Assembly: GCA_963825525.1 (NCBI GenBank) | Contig: CAWGTN010000002.1 | Location: 608,001 to 672,000, forward strand | Direction: 5' to 3' | DNA from: an uncultured Chloroflexia bacterium | GTDB lineage: Bacteria; Chloroflexota; Limnocylindria; QHBO01 | Length of the DNA: 64,000 nt | Part shown: piece after piece, positions 58,465 through 64,000 of the stretch | How positions within the stretch are numbered: position 1 is the first letter of the stretch | Layout: the number at the start of each line of letters is the position of its first letter | Translations under genes and position numbers: made by a program | Notes under the pieces: generated by a model | The model's database searches: none | What the model was told of the DNA's origin: nothing | Seen by the model: only the letters and a program-made list of their open reading frames with translations

Positions 58465-59729
58465 CGGGGCGCGGTACCGGCCGTGATCGTCTCGCCCGAA
58501 CGGATGCGCCGGCGGCGCGCGAAGTCATCCTCGTTGGCGCCCGGGTCGATGCGACAGTTGCGACCAATCTCGACGCCGCGCGGCACGCGCGCGCGCTTGC
58601 CGACCAGCGTGATCCCCGCGTACAGGCGTTCGGGCTCGTCTCGGTTCGGGCGCATGTCCTCCCCCACCCCGACCTGTGCGCCGGCGCCGATCACGCACTC
58701 CTTGTCGAGGATCGCGCGATCCAGCACCGCATCGGCCTCGATGACGGCGTCGAACATGACGATCGAGTCGCGCACCACCGCGCCCGCCGCCACCCGCACG
58801 CCGGGTGACAGGATGCTGTGCTCCACCGTTCCATCGATCTCGCACCCGTGGCTGATCATCGAGCGGCTGATACGCGCGTTCGGGCCGATCCGCGCGGGCG
58901 GACGTTCCTCGCTCCGCGTGTAGATCAGCCAGCCGAGGTCGTTGAGCTGGATGTCCGGCTTGTCGCTCAGGAGGTCGAGGCTCGCCTGCCAGTAGCTCTC
59001 GACCGTCCCGACGTCCTGCCAGTAGCCAGCGAACTCGTAGGCGAAGACCTTGCGACCTTCCTTCACCATGGCGGGGAGGATGTCGCGACCGAAGTCGATG
59101 AGGTCGGTGCTCAAGAGATCTCGCAACAACGGCCAGCTGAAGACGTAGACGCCCATGCTGACGAGGTTCGACGGCGGATTCGGCGGCTTCTCGATGAACG
59201 CGGTCACCCGGCCGTCGTCGGCCACGTCCAGGATGCCGAACCGATGGGCCTCCTCGATGGGCACCGTGCGGACGGCGCACGTGACATCGGCGCCGGTCGT
59301 GCGATGCATCTCGATGAATGGCCGGTAATCCATCTTGTAGACGTGATCGCCCGCCAGCACCAGGACGAGCTCGGGATCGCGATCGGCGATGAAGTCGAGG
59401 TTCTGGAGGACCGCATCGGCCGTTCCGCGATACCAGTCACGGGCACGGCCGCGGCCGATGAACGGCTGCAGCAGGGCCGCGCCGCCCCGGCTGCGGTCCA
59501 GGTCCCACGGCCGGCCGACCCCGATGTGGTCGATGAGCGAGCGTGGGGCGTACTGCGTCAGGATCCCGACATCGGTCAGGCCGGAGTTCACCGCATTGCT
59601 CAACGCAAAGTCAATGATCCGGTACTTCCCGCCGAACGGCACGCCCGGCTTGGCGCGTACCTGCGAGAGGATGCTGAGACGCTCTCCCTCTCCGCCCGCG
59701 AGGATCAGCGTCAGGACCGAGCTCGACAC
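58461..59729 (-). CDS. glgC: Glucose-1-phosphate adenylyltransferase
   Basis: ILAGGEGERL..RAKPGVPFGGKYRIIDF, WYRGTADA, LAGDHVYKMDY, FIEKP, DFGRD and YWQDVGT. Confidence 0.94.
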   Translation of the reverse strand: MSSSVLTLILAGGEGERLSILSQVRAKPGVPFGGKYRIIDFALSNAVNSGLTDVGILTQYAPRSLIDHIGVGRPWDLDRSRGGAALLQPFIGRGRARDWYRGTADAVLQNLDFIADRDPELVLVLAGDHVYKMDYRPFIEMHRTTGADVTCAVRTVPIEEAHRFGILDVADDGRVTAFIEKPPNPPSNLVSMGVYVFSWPLLRDLLSTDLIDFGRDILPAMVKEGRKVFAYEFAGYWQDVGTVESYWQASLDLLSDKPDIQLNDLGWLIYTRSEERPPARIGPNARISRSMISHGCEIDGTVEHSILSPGVRVAAGAVVRDSIVMFDAVIEADAVLDRAILDKECVIGAGAQVGVGEDMRPNRDEPERLYAGITLVGKRARVPRGVEIGRNCRIDPGANEDDFARRRRIRSGETITAGTAPR

Positions 59730-59750
59730 ACCGTGAATTCTACGGCCACG

Positions 59751-62514
59751 TCAGCCATCCGACGTCACTAGGGTGCGGGAGCGCGTCGGTACCGGGACGC
59801 CTCCGCCGCCGCCGCCTCCGCCGCCTCCGCCTCCGCCGCCGCCTCCGCCGCCTCCGCCGCCACCGCTCGGCTTGGGGGTCGGCTCGGCGCTCGGCTCGGC
59901 CGATGACGATGGGCTGGGCCGCGGGGTGGCCACGCGCTCACCGCACACCGAGGGGAAGCCTGACTCGCCGTAGATGGGTGCGATCTGGAACAGGACGCGC
60001 TCGTCATCGGCGTACGTGGACGGGTCACCTCGGGCTCCGGTCTGTCCGTTGACGACGCGATCTGCCCAGGTGTCTGCCCCTTCGATCCAGTTCTGCGGAC
60101 GGTCCGGCGTGGCCTGGCCCAAGTACTGCTCGAGGTCCAGGCAGCCCTTGGTGTGCAGGTTGTCGAGGCCAGGCACCGTTCCTTCGAGGAACGGAAGGGT
60201 GATGATCTTCCCGCACGAGTTCGTGGCCGCCAAGCCGGTCCAGCGACAGACGGGCGCCGTGACGATGCCATCCGGCTGCGGGAAGCTGGTCTGCGGGACG
60301 GGAGCCTGGCCGTTCCAGTCCCACGGGTTGTTGAGCGCAAGGTCCATGAACTCGTGCCACAGGAAGAGCGGTCCATCGGCGCTGAAGAGGCCGCCGGAGA
60401 ACTCGTTCGAAAGCGACTCCTGGTTGTTATTGCCCATCCAGACGCCCGACAGCGAGGCTGCCGGGAATGTATCCGAAGCCGGAGACGTCTCGGAAGTCGT
60501 TCGTGGTCCCGGTCTTGAAGCCGGCCGGGCGGCGCTGGCCGTCCGGCGTGATGAGCTGCGCGCGCTCGCCCCACAGCAGGTTCCGGGCGGGGTCGGTATT
60601 GCCCTCGAGGATGTAATGCGGCAGATATGCCTCGGCCGGGGTCATCGGATTCGTGACTGTTGGACCGTTGTCCTCGCGGGTGTAGATCACGCGATTGTCG
60701 CGGTCGCGAATCTCGATGATCGTCGTGGCCGGGTTGAGCTGGCCCTCCTGCGCGAAGGTCGTGTATGCCTGCGTCATGTTCGTCAGGTTGACCGGCACGG
60801 AGCCCAGCGCCAGGGAGAGGCCGGGATCCTGGTCCATGATGTACTCGGCGCTGGCGATGCCCAGCTACTCGCTGAACTCGGCCGTGGTCTGCGACCCGAC
60901 CAGGTACTGCATCATCACTGACGGGATGTTGAGGGAGTAGCGCAGGGCGTCCAGCGCGAGCACCGGACCGTGCTCCTTGATGTCGGCGTTCGTCGGCCGG
61001 TAGGACGTCTCCTCGGTCAGCCCGAACTGGGTCATGGAGTCGACGAACATCGTGGCCACGGTGGCGTCACGTGACTGGAATGCCGAGGCGTACGTGATCG
61101 GCTTGAAGGCTGATCCCGGCTGGCGTCGGCCGAGCCCGGCCACGTCGAACTGGCCCTGGACCCGCGGATCCTCGCGATTTCGATAGTCGACGCTGCCCAC
61201 GTACGAGACGATCTCGCCGGTGGCCGAATCGATGGCAACCAGCGCCGAGTTGTTCACGTTGAAGCCGGCCAAGGTCTCCACCCACTTCGCCACCAGCCGC
61301 TTCGCCTCCTGCTGGAGCGGCAGGTCGAGGGTCGTCTTGATTCGATACCCGCCGGTGAGAACCTCGAGCGCAGGATCCGTCACACCGGGCAGGGTGCCAA
61401 TGATGCGCTCGGCCTCCTTGCGCACCCGGAAGCTGAAATGCGGCTCGCGCAGGAGGCTCGTGAGACGGCTCGGGTTCATCTCGACCCACGAGGTGTTGCG
61501 CGCGACGCGCGCCTCGGCCGCCGTGATGTAGCCCTCCTCGACCATCGCTCCAAGGACGAGGTTGCGCTCGCGGAGCGCATCGGCTGCCCCCGCCTCGGGG
61601 TCATCAAGGGTGGAGTTCGGGTTCTGGTAGGGGTCGAGGAATGACGGCGCCTGCGGCAGAGCGGCGAGGAAGGCGGCCTGAGCGACCGTCATCTGCTCGA
61701 GGTCCTGGAGCCCGAAGTAGTTCGCGGCGGCGGCCTTGATGCCGTACGAGCCATTCCCGTAGTAGATGAGGTTCAGGTATGTCTCGAGGATCTTCTCCTT
61801 GCCCTCACGGCCCGGATACGCCGCGGTGACCTGCATCGCCAAGATGTTCTCGCGAATCTTGTCCTCGATGGCGGTCGAGTTATTGGGCTCGGGCGGCTGG
61901 CAGACATCGGTCTCCTCCTCGGCCGGATCCTCCTCGGTCACCGGAGCATCGGGATCGATCTCGCCGACGCTGGCCTCAGGTGTCGCGCTGGGGTCGACCT
62001 GGTTGACACCCTCCTCCTTCAGGACGCGGGCGTAGTCGATGACCTGCTGGGTGATGGTCGATGCGCCCTGCACGATCCGTCCCTCCTCGAGGTTGCGGAG
62101 CGCGGCGCGGACAATGCCCTGGAAGTCGACCCCGTTGTTGTCCCAGAACGTTCGGTCCTCGCTGGCGACGGTCGCCTGCCAGATGTGGTCGGGCAGGGTG
62201 GCGAACGTGACGGCCTCTCGGTTCTGGCACTCGAAGCGTGCCAGCAGCTCGTTGCCGGTGCGGTCGTAGACGTAGGTCGACTGCTGGGGCTCGATGCCAT
62301 CCAGGACATTCGGGGCGGGGAGGTCCGACGCGAAGTAGTTGTAGGCGGCCAGCATGCCACCCGCCGTGCCGAGGATCGATCCGGTGAACATCAGCCCGAA
62401 CACGCCGAGCGTGACGAGCATGAAGGTTGCAAGCCCACGGCGCTGCCCGCCGCGTCGCGTGGTGCGGCGCGTCATCATCAGATGACGTCGGCGCCGCTGG
62501 AGAGCCGGATGCAT
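59751..62514 (-). CDS. Class A penicillin-binding protein (transglycosylase/transpeptidase); frameshifts ~60870 and ~60450
   Basis: SEDRTF, QGASTITQQ, LETYLNLIYYGN, RQPGSAFKP, YSLN and FKTGTTN across three frames. Poly-Gly tail. Confidence 0.88.
59801..59865 (-). repeat. GGC/GGA trinucleotide run (poly-Gly tail of the PBP)
   Basis: ctccgccgccgccgcctccg... on the plus strand, encoding about 22 consecutive Gly. Confidence 0.85.
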
Positions 62515-62561
62515 CGGGCGAAGGGTACCAGTCGTGCGGGGCGCGGTCGAATGCGCGCCGC

Positions 62562-63200
62562 TCAGCGGATGACGCGAAGGACTCGTTCGTCGAGCAGCAT
62601 GATCAGGACGGCGCCACCGACCAGGAATGGCCCGAACGGGATGTACGTGCGCAGCCCCACCCGACGGGTGGCCAGCAGCACCAGGCTGGTTCCTGCCGAC
62701 AGAAATGCGGCGGCGAACAGGGCGCTGAAGATCGACGGCCAGCCGAGCATGAGCCCGATGGGCGCCACCAGGTACAGGTCACCGAGCGCAAGCCCCCCGC
62801 GGACGATGAGCGCCAACGCCCCGAGGAACCCCACGGCGGCCGCCGCACCGACCAGCGCCATCACGGGGTCGACCGCCGGATTGAACGGCACGAAGGCGAA
62901 GCCCAACAGGATGAGCGGATCCAGGACGAGATGCGGGAGGCGCCGCTGCTCGAGATCCGTGGCCGTCAGGACGAGCAGCAGGCCGAGGAGGACGAGGTAG
63001 GCTGCGGTGGCCCACCACGGCAGCGCGGAACGTCCCGCGATTCCGGCCGCCACCAGTCCACTCACCAGCGCCAGCACGACGGTGCGCCAGCCAGGCGACC
63101 GCCGCCGCGCTTCGTCACTCGGCCACACGCTGGCGAGGCGTTCGGCCAGCGCACCGGCAACCGCAAAGGCCGCCCCGATGCCGATGATCGCCGGATTCAC
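62562..63200 (-). CDS. A24 family prepilin peptidase (peptidase domain only)
   Basis: ATDLEQRRLP (Asp1), GLALGDLYL (Asp2) and IPFGPFL. No N-terminal CxxC methylase domain. Confidence 0.82.
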   Translation of the reverse strand: MNPAIIGIGAAFAVAGALAERLASVWPSDEARRRSPGWRTVVLALVSGLVAAGIAGRSALPWWATAAYLVLLGLLLVLTATDLEQRRLPHLVLDPLILLGFAFVPFNPAVDPVMALVGAAAAVGFLGALALIVRGGLALGDLYLVAPIGLMLGWPSIFSALFAAAFLSAGTSLVLLATRRVGLRTYIPFGPFLVGGAVLIMLLDERVLRVIR

Positions 63201-63321
63201 GCTCGTCTTCGCCCTCGCTGCGTTCGGTGGCCACGCGCCCGGTGCGTCGCGGCACCGCCCATCGTACGAGCCATGCGGGGGGCGGCCATAGCCCGATCGT
63301 CCACCTCGCACAGCGCGAATC

Positions 63322-63337
63322 TGGCACGCCGGATGCG
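63322..63337 (+). promoter_or_regulatory. Putative sigma54 -24/-12 promoter (csbD)
   Basis: TGGCACGCCGGATGCG, nearly identical to the TopoIB motif. Confidence 0.68.
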
Positions 63338-63389
63338 ATGCGTTGCTGCGCCGGCACAGGCCGGCTCACCGCATGGGAGGAACACCATC

Positions 63390-63575
63390 GTGGACAGTGA
63401 CCGCGTCGAGGGCCCCCTCAAGGAGGCCGGAGGCAAGATCAAGGAAGAGTTCGGCGACCTCACCGACAATGCCGACACCGAGGCCGAGGGCAAGGCCGAC
63501 CAGGTCGAAGGCAAGGTCCAGAACGAGTGGGGCGAAGCCAAGGACGACGTGCGCGACGCGACCGACGATCGCTGA
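63390..63575 (+). CDS. csbD: CsbD family general stress protein
   Basis: MDSDRVEG..GKIKEEFGDLTDN..AEGKADQVEGKVQNEWGEAKD. GGAGG RBS, GTG start. Confidence 0.9.
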   Translation: MDSDRVEGPLKEAGGKIKEEFGDLTDNADTEAEGKADQVEGKVQNEWGEAKDDVRDATDDR

Positions 63576-63585
63576 GCAGCCGATG

Positions 63586-63617
63586 ACGAAGCCCCGGCCG
63601 CGCGGCCGGGGCTTCGT
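63586..63617. terminator. Bidirectional terminator-like hairpin between convergent csbD and pepA
   Basis: Perfect palindrome acgaagccccggccgcgcggccggggcttcgt. Confidence 0.75.
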
Positions 63618-63635
63618 GCTCTCGTCATCCGGAGC

Positions 63636-64000
63636 TCAGCCCCCTTCGAAGGCGAGAGCCAGCGCAACGAGCGCGGCGACCCCCGAGCCGGTTGCTCCCT
63701 TCGGCCCGTAGGGCTTCTCCGTGCTCAGGTAGGCGGTCGACGCGATGTCGACGTGCACCCACGGGACGGTGACGAACTCGGAGAGGAAGACGGCGCTCTT
63801 GATGAGCGACCCGTCGCGACCGCCGGAGTTGACGATGTCGGCGTGGGGAGTGTCGTAGGCCGCCCGATACTCCGCGGCGAGCGGCATCTCCCAGAACCAC
63901 TCCCCCGCTCGCTCCGCCGCCGCCCCGATCCGCTCGCCCCATTCGCGGGGTCGGGCGAAGTAGGCACTGATGTGCTCTCCGAAAGCGATGGCCTGAGCGC
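63636..64000 (-). CDS. pepA: Leucyl aminopeptidase (M17), C-terminal part truncated by the window edge
   Basis: GEWFWEMPL..ADIVNSGGR.GSLI..FLSEF..PWVHVDIAST..GATGSGV. Confidence 0.85.
   Translation of the reverse strand, partial: AQAIAFGEHISAYFARPREWGERIGAAAERAGEWFWEMPLAAEYRAAYDTPHADIVNSGGRDGSLIKSAVFLSEFVTVPWVHVDIASTAYLSTEKPYGPKGATGSGVAALVALALAFEGG

Overview
High-GC (~70%) bacterial chromosomal window with about 70 CDS and two tRNAs (Arg-TCG, His-GTG). No rRNA, CRISPR array, integrase or transposase was seen. Gene content suggests a soil/freshwater monoderm, possibly Chloroflexota (inference only). Housekeeping and metabolic genes include aceE, a GH13 glucosidase, gdhA, glgC, pncB, partial pepA, a class A PBP, a DEAD-box helicase, a CPH-type Cu ATPase, a sugar ABC system with GH38, and several ABC exporters. 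About ten genes carry frameshifts that most likely reflect long-read assembly errors. Three non-coding signals stand out. (1) Seven correctly oriented sigma54-type -24/-12 motifs (GGCAC-N6-TGC) sit directly upstream of scattered general-stress-type genes: csbD, yeaQ/ymgE, hemerythrin, topoisomerase IB, an AI-2E transporter, a receiver and a small Cys protein. (2) Two intergenic palindromic arrays 41 kb apart share a CGAWAnWTCG-like core and exactly the same 50/64/50-nt spacing. (3) TAnnnT -10 boxes lie 5-8 nt before many start codons, suggesting leaderless mRNAs. Several degenerate or pseudo-enzyme proteins are also present: a ligand-less Rieske-like protein, an HQxxH gluzincin and an Asp-less receiver.
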